In this document: one piece after another, positions 55,636-64,000 of the stretch
Position numbering within the stretch: position 1 is the first letter of the stretch
How the letters are laid out: every line of letters starts with the position of its first letter
Origin: Trueperaceae bacterium
GTDB taxonomy: Bacteria; Deinococcota; Deinococci; Deinococcales; Trueperaceae
Reading direction: 5' to 3'
Assembly: GCA_965215565.1 (NCBI GenBank)
Contig: CBDCDZ010000004.1
Location: forward strand, 2,560,001-2,624,000
Length of the DNA stretch: 64,000 bases
Program-made: the position numbers and the translations under genes
The notes under the pieces: model-generated
Told to the model about the DNA's origin: nothing
Seen by the model: the letters and a program-made list of their open reading frames with translations, nothing else
Database searches by the model: none

Positions 55636-55763
55636 GGATAAGGTCCTCAGAGTATCTTAACTAGAAACCTATTCCATAAAGAAGTGACATTTCTGACTTC
55701 CGCAAGCCCAAACCGGGGGAAGACCTCTTCAAACTCCGCTACAGCGTGGCGCTGTAAATCCAC

Positions 55764-55790
55764 AAAAAAGGACGAACCTAAGTTCGTCCC
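55764..55790 (-). terminator. trxA terminator
   Basis: Reverse complement GGACGAAC-TTAG-GTTCGTCC followed by a T run. Confidence 0.75.
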
Positions 55791-55810
55791 TAAAATGTGC
55801 AGGCTCGAGG

Positions 55811-56146
55811 CTAATTAACGCCCGCTCCCACATACTGGTTGATGCGCGACTCGTACGCGCCTTTGGGCTGCGCGCCTACCATCGTCTCGACGGGCTCGCC
55901 GTCTTTGAACAAGATGACCGTGGGGATGCTCATCACGCGGTAGCTCATCGCGGTCTGCTGATGGTCGTCCACGTTGAGCTTGCCCACTTTCACTTTGCCT
56001 TCGTAGTCGCCAGCGATCTCTTCGATAACGGGTCCAACCATGCGGCAAGGACCACACCAGGGAGCCCAGAAGTCTACCAGGACCAAGCCCTCTTGGGTCT
56101 CGTCTTTGAAGTTGCTGTCGGTGAATTCAACTGTGTTTTCTGCCAT
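55811..56146 (-). CDS. trxA: Thioredoxin
   Basis: WCGPC active site, with SD AGGAGG. Confidence 0.95.
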   Translation of the reverse strand: MAENTVEFTDSNFKDETQEGLVLVDFWAPWCGPCRMVGPVIEEIAGDYEGKVKVGKLNVDDHQQTAMSYRVMSIPTVILFKDGEPVETMVGAQPKGAYESRINQYVGAGVN

Positions 56147-56213
56147 GTTTCCTCCTGCCTATAGCGTAGATGAGGTGACTGAGAAAGTATGTCTTGCACT
56201 CTACGAAGCAGGA

Positions 56214-56360
56214 AGCAATGAGTTAAAAGCAATCCAGTCAAGCTGGTTATGTAATTTTGCGAAGCAAACGATTACGAAGTTTTCGCGGAGGCGAAACGGT
56301 GAGCAATGAGTAAAAGGCGTAGGTTTTCTACCTTCAACTCATTGCTCGTTGCTCATTGCT
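56214..56360. repeat. Inverted heptamer array with three nested inserts, overlapping the amidohydrolase 3' end
   Basis: Reverse complement CTCA[CCGT{TTCGCCTCCGCGAAAACTTCGTAA}TCGT{TTGCTTCGCAAAATTACATAA}CCAGCTTGACTGGA]TTGCT. Confidence 0.85.
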
Positions 56361-57500
56361 GTCCCAAATATGAAGCTTCGAAGCGTCGTCCCCTCTTGTA
56401 AACCGAGGCGGCGTGAGCGACAAGGCGCGGCAACCTCCCTTGACAGCGGCGCGCACGAGCGCGAGGTCACTCGCCTTGCCGCCGTGCAGCGCCCGCGCCG
56501 CCATGACCTCTTGTTCGACGGACAAATCGGGTGAAGACCCCTTGGAATCGGTGCCGAACGCCACTTCGATGCCGTGTTTCATGTACAGTTCCCAGGGAAA
56601 GCGTCCGCATTCTAGCGCCACGTTCGAACGTGGGCAGTGCACCACCACGCAACCCGAACGCTGCACCTCGAGCACGTCCTCTTCGCTCACGTGAACCATG
56701 TGGATGAGGGTCGGTTGCGCGTCCAAAACACCTAAGTTTTTCAAGTATTGCACGGGTGTTAGACCAGAGGGCTGCCAGTGGGGGAGGAAGCTGCGCATCC
56801 TTTCCATCAGTGGACCCGTACCGTCTCTATGTAGGGCGATTTCGCCTGCGCTTTCTGCCACGTGAATCTGTATAGGCAACGCTGAGCGCTTCGCCAAGGT
56901 CGCGAGCTTCTGCAAGAGGGGTGCACTCACCGTGTGCGGTGTGTGGGGTGAAAGCCCGAGTTTGACGCCGCTGGGACGCTCCCAAGCGCGGAAGGTGCGA
57001 AGTTTTTCTACGGTCTCGTGGAAGATTTTATCGGCGTCTTCAGGGTTGGGTCCGAGCACTTCCCAGTAGGCGACGCCCTGCAAATCGGGCGCTTTGAGCA
57101 GAAGCTCCATGACCGCTTCGCTCGTGACGATGTCGCCGAGCGTAGTGACGCCTTTTGAGCGCAACTCTAAGAGCCCCGCCTTCGCCGCCTCTAAACCTCT
57201 TACGCGGCGTTCTGGCGAATAAGCGATGACTTTGGCGATAAAGGCGTCGTAGCTGCCCGCTGCAAAGGGCATGTAGGAGAGGTCTAGATGCGTATGAGCG
57301 TTGACTAAAGGCGGCGAAATGGCGAAGCCGACGTGCTTCTCTTGCGCATCTGGGAAGTTCTGCCGCGCGGTTTCCGCGTCTTCTACCGCGATAATCTGCG
57401 CCGCTTCGCCCTCCGTTTGGATGACGACTGCGCCGTTTGCTCTCGGCGTACCCATACCGTTATAGATCACGTCTGCTGTGAGGAGGTGACGCTGCAACAT
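56334..57500 (-). CDS. Amidohydrolase (nucleoside deaminase-like)
   Basis: Motifs NAHTHL, SPH, H.AES..E, HCPRSN and GTDS. Confidence 0.88.
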   Translation of the reverse strand: MLQRHLLTADVIYNGMGTPRANGAVVIQTEGEAAQIIAVEDAETARQNFPDAQEKHVGFAISPPLVNAHTHLDLSYMPFAAGSYDAFIAKVIAYSPERRVRGLEAAKAGLLELRSKGVTTLGDIVTSEAVMELLLKAPDLQGVAYWEVLGPNPEDADKIFHETVEKLRTFRAWERPSGVKLGLSPHTPHTVSAPLLQKLATLAKRSALPIQIHVAESAGEIALHRDGTGPLMERMRSFLPHWQPSGLTPVQYLKNLGVLDAQPTLIHMVHVSEEDVLEVQRSGCVVVHCPRSNVALECGRFPWELYMKHGIEVAFGTDSKGSSPDLSVEQEVMAARALHGGKASDLALVRAAVKGGCRALSLTPPRFTRGDDASKLHIWDSNEQRAMS

Positions 57501-57516
57501 GCTCTATCATACGGTC

Positions 57517-58026
57517 ATGCCGCTAGAGAGGTTGAAGTCGGAGCGTTTAGAACTGCTGGCGCTGAGCCGTGCTGAGCTTGGGGGGTTGCTCGAGCGGCAG
57601 GTGTTAGGGATGGAGCTAACCGACAACCTCTTATCCCTAAACGTTGAACGCGCGGTTCACATCAAATTGGAGAAAATGGCGCGTTCAGACCCAAAAGACC
57701 ATCTTTGGTTCACCTACTGGCTCATCATTTTGCGAGACACTGAGTGCGGTATCGGTTTAGTAGGTTTCAAGGGCGTGCCAAACGAGCGCGGCGAGGTTGA
57801 GATTGGCTACGGGCTCGCGCCCGAATATGAGGGGCAAGGCTACATGACCGAAGCGGTGTGCGCGCTTACCGAGTGGGCATTTTTGCGTCCAGACTGTAGG
57901 GTGATTGCGCCTAATACGTCTAAGACGAACCTCGCCTCACAGCGGGTGCTGGAGAAGGTAGGGATGAAGGTCTATAAGGAGACGGTGGGGGAGCGGTTTT
58001 GGCGGCTAGAAAAGGGCGAGGGGTAG
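57517..58026 (+). CDS. GNAT acetyltransferase (RimJ/RimL-like)
   Basis: EIGY...Y.GQGY.TEA and N.ASQRVLEK.G motifs; TATCAT-N6-ATG. Confidence 0.88.
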   Translation: MPLERLKSERLELLALSRAELGGLLERQVLGMELTDNLLSLNVERAVHIKLEKMARSDPKDHLWFTYWLIILRDTECGIGLVGFKGVPNERGEVEIGYGLAPEYEGQGYMTEAVCALTEWAFLRPDCRVIAPNTSKTNLASQRVLEKVGMKVYKETVGERFWRLEKGEG

Positions 58027-58077
58027 GTCTGAGGCTTGACTTCGTCTCGCTTAGCGCTGTACGCTGAGTGTCCCTTA

Positions 58078-58149
58078 GGGCGGTTAGCTCAGTGGGAGAG
58101 CACTCGCTTCACACGCGAGGGGTCACTGGTTCAAATCCAGTACCGCCCA
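58078..58149 (+). tRNA. tRNA-Val(CAC), CCA not encoded
   Basis: GGGCGGTTAGCTCAGTGGGAGAGC..CTCGC-TTCACAC-GCGAG..GGTTCAAATCC..ACCGCCCA; promoter TTGACT-N18-TACGCT. Confidence 0.95.
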
Positions 58150-58180
58150 TACTCAAGAACAGCGTGCAGCACGTGATAAA

Positions 58181-58215
58181 CTGGAATGCCTAAGGGGCGT
58201 TCCGGTTCTCTTTTT
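58181..58215 (+). terminator. tRNA terminator
   Basis: CTGGAATGCC...GGCGTTCCGG followed by a T-rich tail. Confidence 0.7.
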
Positions 58216-58245
58216 GCTCGGTGGCAACTTTAAGGATGTTAGTCC

Positions 58246-58356
58246 TAGCATTTCCACGTTTCATTGCTACACTTCTCCGCAGATATCATCCCTTAGAGTG
58301 CGTGCCAAACAATGTTCTTATAGGTAAGAGTGTAGCTGACCAGATGATACCTGCTA
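58246..58356 (-). mobile_element. MITE-like element copy 13 (no insert)
   Basis: Reverse complement TAGCAGGTATCATCTGGTC...GATGATATCTGCG...TGGAAATGCTA; 111 bp. Confidence 0.85.
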
Positions 58357-58504
58357 TCCCTATCCACCATTAGCAAAGGCAATGACCCGAACCTCGGTGC
58401 TCGCCCAGACTGCCTAGTTTAGTGTCGTTCTTCAAGCGCCGTCCTTTAGTGTTTGCGAACAACGTTGAGGTTGGCGTCGGCAGTCAGCGTGCCAAAGCGC
58501 ACTG

Positions 58505-59887
58505 CTACTCCTCGTCTACACCCCCTCGAGGAGAGGGTTCCAACACCTCTAGGACGCGCTGCCCGACACATGCCCCCTGCACCAGCCCGTTTTCAGCCGC
58601 AACCCGGTAGTGCACGCCGCCCAAAAGCCGCGACAGCGCGTTCTCCTGGGCGGCGTCATGGAACGAGTTAAAGGTGCGGGTCATCGCCTCTTGGTCGTGC
58701 GCGGCAAACGCGCCCCTGGGGTTTCTTACACCGTAAGGGTCGTCGAAAGCGGTCTCACCGAAGAAGTGGGTCAAGACCTCCGCCGCCGCCGCACCAACTA
58801 CGGCGTGACCGGACGGGTACTCAGGGAAGTTCGGCGTTTGCAAAAGAGGTCGCCAGTCGGGGTCTAGGGACTCACGAATGAGCGTTTCAGGGCGGACGAG
58901 CATGGTCTCGTACTTCGACCACCACGCCGAGATAAAGGCGTCGTGTAGGGCTGCGCCAAGGACCGCGTAGACCTCTGCGGCGTCCGCTAAGCTCAGTTCC
59001 TGCCGCTCTATCATCAGCGCCCCGATCATCAAAAAGTGTCCGCCAATCGTGCCCGTCTCGACGGGCTCATCATCCCAGAAATACGCCGTTTCGAGCGCGT
59101 CTTCACTCAGACGCTGCGAGGTCTCGTAGACCTCTATGAGCTGCGCGTGAAACGCGGAGCCGGGGGTGAGGTCAAAGGGGATGTCCAAAGGAACGTGGCA
59201 CTGTTCAGGTGTGGTGAGGTTGAGCGATCTCAAGCGTCCCCAGAACGGTTGAATCGGCGCGCGCCCTGCCCCGCGTGAGACCCAGCGCGAGGCGTCCTCG
59301 GTACGGGCGGCGGTGAGTTTAGCGGCGGAGGCGTACATGGCGTCTCTCGCTCCCTCAAACCCGTCGGTTTCCGCCCACGAGAGCACGGCGCGTCCGACCT
59401 CAGTTCCTAAATCCAACGACGCCGACAGCACCTCGCTATTCACGCTTGCCCGCCTCTCCGCAACCTGTTCCGCGTGAAGCGCAGACAGGGCGCGTTTGGT
59501 CTCTAAAGCGGAGGAGGCAAAGGGCTGCCACATGTCGCTGTTCTCTCGCATCAGTTCGCTGGTGAGCATGTGGAGGGCGGCGCTCGAGGTGGCGAGGGTG
59601 TCGTAGGTTTTGCCAGGATCAGCTTGGGGAAGCTCGAGCTTTCCACCCACCCCTCCCGCAAGTGAAGACGCTTCACCCAGCACCGCGAGCGTCTCGTTCA
59701 TAGTGAGACCTGCGTAGGCGAAGATGCGAGCGGCGACGGGCGGCGTGACGCTCTCTCCCTTGACGCGGGCGTAGAGCGTCTCCGTCCAGGCGTTGAGGGG
59801 CGCGGCGTCCTGCGCAAAACTAGGGAGCGTAAAAAATAGCGCGAGCAGCGTTAGGCTTACAACTGCCTTCTTCGCGGAAACGTTCAC
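58505..59887 (-). CDS. Secreted vanadium-dependent haloperoxidase / PAP2 superfamily protein
   Basis: Signal peptide; KY.....RP, P.FPEYPSGH and SR..GGVHY motifs. Confidence 0.85.
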   Translation of the reverse strand: MNVSAKKAVVSLTLLALFFTLPSFAQDAAPLNAWTETLYARVKGESVTPPVAARIFAYAGLTMNETLAVLGEASSLAGGVGGKLELPQADPGKTYDTLATSSAALHMLTSELMRENSDMWQPFASSALETKRALSALHAEQVAERRASVNSEVLSASLDLGTEVGRAVLSWAETDGFEGARDAMYASAAKLTAARTEDASRWVSRGAGRAPIQPFWGRLRSLNLTTPEQCHVPLDIPFDLTPGSAFHAQLIEVYETSQRLSEDALETAYFWDDEPVETGTIGGHFLMIGALMIERQELSLADAAEVYAVLGAALHDAFISAWWSKYETMLVRPETLIRESLDPDWRPLLQTPNFPEYPSGHAVVGAAAAEVLTHFFGETAFDDPYGVRNPRGAFAAHDQEAMTRTFNSFHDAAQENALSRLLGGVHYRVAAENGLVQGACVGQRVLEVLEPSPRGGVDEE

Positions 59888-59963
59888 CGGTGACTCCTCC
59901 TTAAAGCACCCCAGAACGAGGGCTCTGGGGTGCGGTATGAGCTAAGTGGCTAATCGCTAATCA

Positions 59964-60079
59964 CGTCTTGCATTGACTCATTCGCTGTATTTCAACCTCG
60001 AGCCCTTAGCAGAGGTTGAGCTAACAGCCTTCGAAGAGCCAACCGCGTTTAGGACAGCGTGATGCAGTTTTGTAAAACG
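59964..60079. repeat. Second MITE-like family member, related to 1550-1940
   Basis: CGTCTTGCATTGACTCA...TTTCAACCTCGAGCCCTTAG. Confidence 0.5.
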
Positions 60080-60093
60080 GTAAGTAAAAGCTA

Positions 60094-61275
60094 TTAGAGG
60101 AAGCGGAAGACGATGGGGCAATTCACGATGATGCCGACTGACCCGTAAGGCTCGCCGCCCGGCCCCGTCACCCAGCCCTGCTCGACGAAGCCCAAAATCT
60201 GAAACTCCTCGATCAAACGGCTACGGTAGCCCGCGTCAATCGCCTCTTGCGTCCACTCGCCCAAGTTCATGTCCCAGAGCGGGCTATAGTCCGTCGCGAT
60301 AGTCGGGATACCGCCCAAGATATTCAAGGCGCTTCTGCCGTCGCTAATGGCGCTATTCAAACCCTGGCGGTGCGGGTTGTCCGTGCCCGTATGTCCGTTG
60401 GTGAAGACGAAGATGCGCTCGACGGCGGAGAAGGCGCTGTCGTCGCGGCCCACCGTGATGTCCTCTAAGCCGGGGGCGAGCGTGACTGCCTCTAAGGTAG
60501 CGGCTAGGGGGTGGCTCGAGTCCGTGGATAAGTAGAGGTTCGGACGGGCAAACGAGAAGCCGGGGGTCAACTCCAACGTCACGGTGCCTTCTGACGGGCA
60601 GATCGAGATGACCTTATCGTGCAGAATGCTGTGGTCGGCGTCGCCGTTGCAGAAGAGTTCTAGGGCTTCGGCGCTCTTGTCGAAGGCAATCATGGGCGCG
60701 TTGTAGACGTGACCGCCCGCGTTCTCAACCTTGACCAGCGGCGTGTAGTTCTCGTCGCCCACCGAACCAGGTTGAAACTCAGAGGGCGGGAAGAAGTTGG
60801 GCGCGTCGCCGGGGGTGAGCATCCGCTCGGGAGTGAAGTCCACGGTGCCTTGCATGAAGGTTAAGGTGGCGTCGTTCTCCAGCACGGCGGTGCGTGCGCC
60901 ACGCCCGACTGCGCCGTACGTCAGCTTAGGCGAGTGGTTGAGGCCCAGGGCGGCGGCGTTCGCTTCGTCGTCGGTATCCGTGATGATGTACCAAACGGAC
61001 TCGCCCGATTCCATTTGCCCTTCGTAAAGAGGCAATGTGACTGTGCCCGCATCCTGGTCCACTTGCCCTGCTTTTAAGAGCTGATAGGGACCGATGAGTT
61101 CGCGCTGCACCTGTGAGGGGGCAGGGCCGAAGTAGGTCAGGGGGATGTCAGCGCCGATAGAAGGCGGCGCAGGCGCGACGTCGTCGTCGTTGCCGCCCTC
61201 CTCTTGCGCCAACGTGAGGCCCAGAAAAAGCAGGCTGAGAAGCAGAAGGGTGAAGCGTTTCGAGGTTAAGCTCAT
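60094..61275 (-). CDS. Secreted acidic protein of unknown function
   Basis: Signal peptide; Pro/Gly-rich with YSPLW/YTPL motifs and a terminal VNCP. Confidence 0.75.
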   Translation of the reverse strand: MSLTSKRFTLLLLSLLFLGLTLAQEEGGNDDDVAPAPPSIGADIPLTYFGPAPSQVQRELIGPYQLLKAGQVDQDAGTVTLPLYEGQMESGESVWYIITDTDDEANAAALGLNHSPKLTYGAVGRGARTAVLENDATLTFMQGTVDFTPERMLTPGDAPNFFPPSEFQPGSVGDENYTPLVKVENAGGHVYNAPMIAFDKSAEALELFCNGDADHSILHDKVISICPSEGTVTLELTPGFSFARPNLYLSTDSSHPLAATLEAVTLAPGLEDITVGRDDSAFSAVERIFVFTNGHTGTDNPHRQGLNSAISDGRSALNILGGIPTIATDYSPLWDMNLGEWTQEAIDAGYRSRLIEEFQILGFVEQGWVTGPGGEPYGSVGIIVNCPIVFRFL

Positions 61276-61424
61276 GGTGTCTCTCCTATTCGCATCGGGG
61301 TAGGCGTGGGCGGCGTTCGGCAGCGATGGCAGTCGCGTTTAGGAATGCCGCCTTTTTTACGGGATGACGCTACAACCTCCTCTATGTCAAACTTGCCCTG
61401 AGTGTAACGCTTAGTAAAATGACC

Positions 61425-61442
61425 GTCTTGAATAAACTTGCG
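61425..61442 (-). promoter_or_regulatory. Putative activator box at the -35 position
   Basis: Reverse complement CGCAAGTTTATTCAAGAC-N18-TACACT; twin at 62712-62729. Confidence 0.6.
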
Positions 61443-61538
61443 TTCACCTAGCGAAAATAAACCGAAAAAGCTTACAGCTTCCGTTGTGTGTTTTACGCCA
61501 CCATCGTCTACCTCGGTATTTGAGACGCTAAACGCGAC

Positions 61539-61564
61539 GTAAGGGGATTTATAAATCCCCTTAC
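61539..61564. repeat. REP-like palindrome variant
   Basis: GTAAGGGGATTTATAAATCCCCTTAC, a perfect palindrome. Confidence 0.65.
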
Positions 61565-62001
61565 TGGCATTGACCTCTTTCCACGACTTTTTCAGCGTGG
61601 TCTACCCATATACTTTTGGCTGTGTGCTAGTGCACGCTACCGGAACGGTGAGGCGTCGTCATCCTCGTCATTCTCTTTGAAAGGCTGCGCGATAACCGGG
61701 CAGTTGATGACGCCTGAAGCCTTGAGTCCCGCCACAAAGCCGTTCTCGCGCCCCGTGCTCCCCTCGAAGCTCGTGACAAGCCCCGCGTCCATTAGCTCGC
61801 GCAAGTCTTCGAAGCCGGTGATGCGGCGTGAAATCTTGAATAAGTAGCGTTTCTACTTGAAGCTGCTGTAGCAGCTTCAAGTGTGCGCGGAAAAGAGCCT
61901 TGAGCTGGAGGTAGCCTTCTCCCGGAGGAGGGCGACGCAAACGGGCAGCCGCTTTGCCGTTGCATCTTCAAATAAAAGCAGCGCGCTACACCGCCGCGCC
62001 C

Positions 62002-62667
62002 TCACAGTTTCATCCAGTAGCGCCCCCTCGAGCCCTTCAAAAGGCCCTCTTCGCGAAGCTGAGCGAACACGTACGAGACCGTGACCCGCGTGGCGTTGAC
62101 TAGAGCCGCTACGTCCTCGTGCGTCAAGAGCAGGTCGAGCTTGACCCAGCAGCCGTGCTCGCCTCCATATTTTTCCCTGTATTCGTTAGGATGCGCCGCG
62201 CCGAAGCGCGGCGCGAGCCAAGCAAAGAGCCACCGGACGCGAGTGTCCGTAGCGTAAGTTGACAGCGCGACGTGCATCTCCGCTGAGGCGAGCTGCCGCG
62301 CTAACTGAGCCAAGAGGTCTGAAAACGCGCCCTCGCCCTGCCCCTCCAACAAGGACTCACGGGGCGTGTAGTCGAGCGTCACCTCGGTCACGCAGCGCGC
62401 GTCGGCGGTGTGGCAGGCGCGCTGCCCCAGCGCACTAGGTCTTAGCACGTCGCCCGGTCCGGCTAAACGCACGGTAATCTCGCGCCCCTCTTCGGTGAGG
62501 TGCACGAGCCGCACCAGGCCCGACTTCACCGTGTAGAGCCCCGCCACCGGATCGCCGCAGTGAAAAACCGGCTCGCCCCTGGTGAAGTGGCGAAAGAGGT
62601 TCGGTGCGCCGTAAGGCGCGGGGGGTGGAATTTTGTCAGGCGTTGGCGTCAACGTCAGCGTTTTCAT
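62002..62667 (-). CDS. Crp/Fnr family regulator
   Basis: cNMP-type beta roll and HTH LTHED.A..VNATR.TVS; SD AGGAGG before ATG 62667. Confidence 0.85.
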   Translation of the reverse strand: MKTLTLTPTPDKIPPPAPYGAPNLFRHFTRGEPVFHCGDPVAGLYTVKSGLVRLVHLTEEGREITVRLAGPGDVLRPSALGQRACHTADARCVTEVTLDYTPRESLLEGQGEGAFSDLLAQLARQLASAEMHVALSTYATDTRVRWLFAWLAPRFGAAHPNEYREKYGGEHGCWVKLDLLLTHEDVAALVNATRVTVSYVFAQLREEGLLKGSRGRYWMKL

Positions 62668-62711
62668 GGTGTGCCTCCTATAGTTGAGGCTACGGCGCAG
62701 CACCTCTTAGC

Positions 62712-62729
62712 GTCTTGAAAGAAGTTGCG
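62712..62729 (-). promoter_or_regulatory. Putative activator box at the -35 position
   Basis: Reverse complement CGCAACTTCTTTCAAGAC-N19-TAGCCT. Confidence 0.6.
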
Positions 62730-62849
62730 GGTGGCTCTCCTTTGGCGTATGTCTACGCACCCTTACACCGACCTGAATATCTTGTAAGGGACGTGTAAGA
62801 CCCCTGTAAACCCGCTTCGTCAAGACTGTCTCCACAAAGGAGGAGACAG

Positions 62850-63680
62850 ATGACAGACGCTTCCAGAGCATCAAAAACATCTTTTTTGCATCCCCCAGGT
62901 TTTAGCGGTTTGGAGCTAGAACGTGTGGATGGCGCAGCGCAGCCGCTCGCGCCGCAGCTTTTGGGCGACTACTGTCTGTCACTCTGCACGCGAGGGCCCG
63001 CCACCGCCCGCTACCGTGGGGAGACGCACGCGCTAAAAGATGCGACCTTTCAGAGCTACGGCGCGGGCGAGACCCTCGCCGCCGCGCCCCGCAAGGGCGG
63101 GCGCTGGAGCTACCAGACGGTGCGTCTCAGCCCCGAACTCATGGGCGACTTAGCGGCGACGACAGGTCAGAAACTGCCGCGCTTCACGGTGCCTATTCCT
63201 ACAGATGGCGTGGTGCACGGGCAGCTCGCGGCGCTCTTCAAGGGGGCGTTCTCGAGCCTCGAAAGGGACGCGACTGACCAAGAGGAAAAACTCGTCACGT
63301 TGACGCGCACCTTGCTAGCGCATCAAGCCGAGCAACCGCGCTCTATGCGCGTCACCCCCAGAGTCGAGCGTGCGATTGAGACCGCTAAAGCGTACCTTAT
63401 AGACACCGTTTACAGCCCGGCGTCGCTCGAGCAGACCGCCGAACACGCGGCGATGAGCAAGTTTCACCTGAGTCGGCTCTTTAAGCAGGTCGTCGGGGTT
63501 TCACCTAGCGTCTTTCAGATGTCCTTGCGCGTCCGCGAGGCGAAGCGTCTGCTCAGGCGGGATGAACCTCTCGCCCACATCGCCTTCGACTTAGGCTTCG
63601 CCGACCAAGCGCACTTCACAAGGACCTTTAAGCGCTTTGTGGGGGTGACGCCGGGGCAGTATCAGGGGTCTAAGCGCTAG
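62850..63680 (+). CDS. AraC family regulator
   Basis: SKFHL.R.FK..VG.SP and GFADQAHFTR.FKR..G.TPG.Y motifs. Confidence 0.92.
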   Translation: MTDASRASKTSFLHPPGFSGLELERVDGAAQPLAPQLLGDYCLSLCTRGPATARYRGETHALKDATFQSYGAGETLAAAPRKGGRWSYQTVRLSPELMGDLAATTGQKLPRFTVPIPTDGVVHGQLAALFKGAFSSLERDATDQEEKLVTLTRTLLAHQAEQPRSMRVTPRVERAIETAKAYLIDTVYSPASLEQTAEHAAMSKFHLSRLFKQVVGVSPSVFQMSLRVREAKRLLRRDEPLAHIAFDLGFADQAHFTRTFKRFVGVTPGQYQGSKR

Positions 63681-64000
63681 CCGCGCGGGTTTGCTGCAGC
63701 TCGTCCTGCACGCTCCGCACCAGTTGGCGAAACTCACCCGGTTGAGGTGCTGCTCGTTCGGAAGGCGACGCGCCTACAGCCGCCAGGACCGAGCCAGCGT
63801 CACGTCGGTCGATGGCGTAGGTAGCAGGATGACGCCAGACCGCGTCAGCCAACCGAGTGGCCTCTGCTGTGCGAGTCTGGGCAAGGCGAATCTCAGCGAG
63901 CGCGAGTAGGGCGAGCAGGGTGGTAGAGACCAACTCGCCCTGCTGACTCAAGGTGAGGGCTTCTCGAACTTCACTTGCGGCTGCCCCGAAGTTGCCGAGC
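63670..64000 (-). CDS. C-terminus of a helical-repeat (TPR-like) protein, partial
   Basis: Open frame entering from the window edge, with Ala/Leu-rich helices. Confidence 0.5.
   Translation of the reverse strand, partial: LGNFGAAASEVREALTLSQQGELVSTTLLALLALAEIRLAQTRTAEATRLADAVWRHPATYAIDRRDAGSVLAAVGASPSERAAPQPGEFRQLVRSVQDELQQTRAASA

Noticed and set aside
58078..58149. tRNA-Val as the integration site of the downstream haloperoxidase region
   Set aside because: No duplicated tRNA 3' end or integrase is seen within the window; this cannot be excluded beyond the edge.
61668..62084. ORFs 61668-61940 and 61881-62084
   Set aside because: They have no SD or motif and overlap a putative regulatory box and the crp 3' end, so they are likely non-coding or decayed.

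Overview
This is a chromosomal window from a moderately GC-rich Deinococcota bacterium, probably Truepera-like. The assignment rests on a 23S-5S-tRNA-Gly operon with its own promoter and no 16S gene, many leaderless genes (TANNNT 5-7 nt before the start codon), and an SLH-domain outer-membrane protein. Housekeeping content includes sufCBD plus a Rieske ferredoxin, acsA with an ActP-like symporter, dhaKL, ispF, lnt, trxA, slyD, ggt, a K+ uptake cluster (two trkH, trkA, ktrAB) and tRNA-Val. Accessory content includes a defence/TA patch (two tandem Uma2 genes, DUF433-DUF5615, a DpnI-like nuclease), a secreted vanadium-haloperoxidase-like gene with a partner and Crp/AraC regulators, and several gene remnants. 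The most striking signal is non-coding. It is a dense hierarchy of intergenic repeats: about 13 copies of a TA-flanked ~111-bp MITE-like element, six inverted heptamer (GCAATGA) arrays, and REP-like palindromes. These repeats are themselves interrupted at precise sites by 20-25-nt hairpin micro-insertions that conserve structure rather than sequence and are sometimes nested inside each other. All alignments and counts were done by eye, and no database searches were run.
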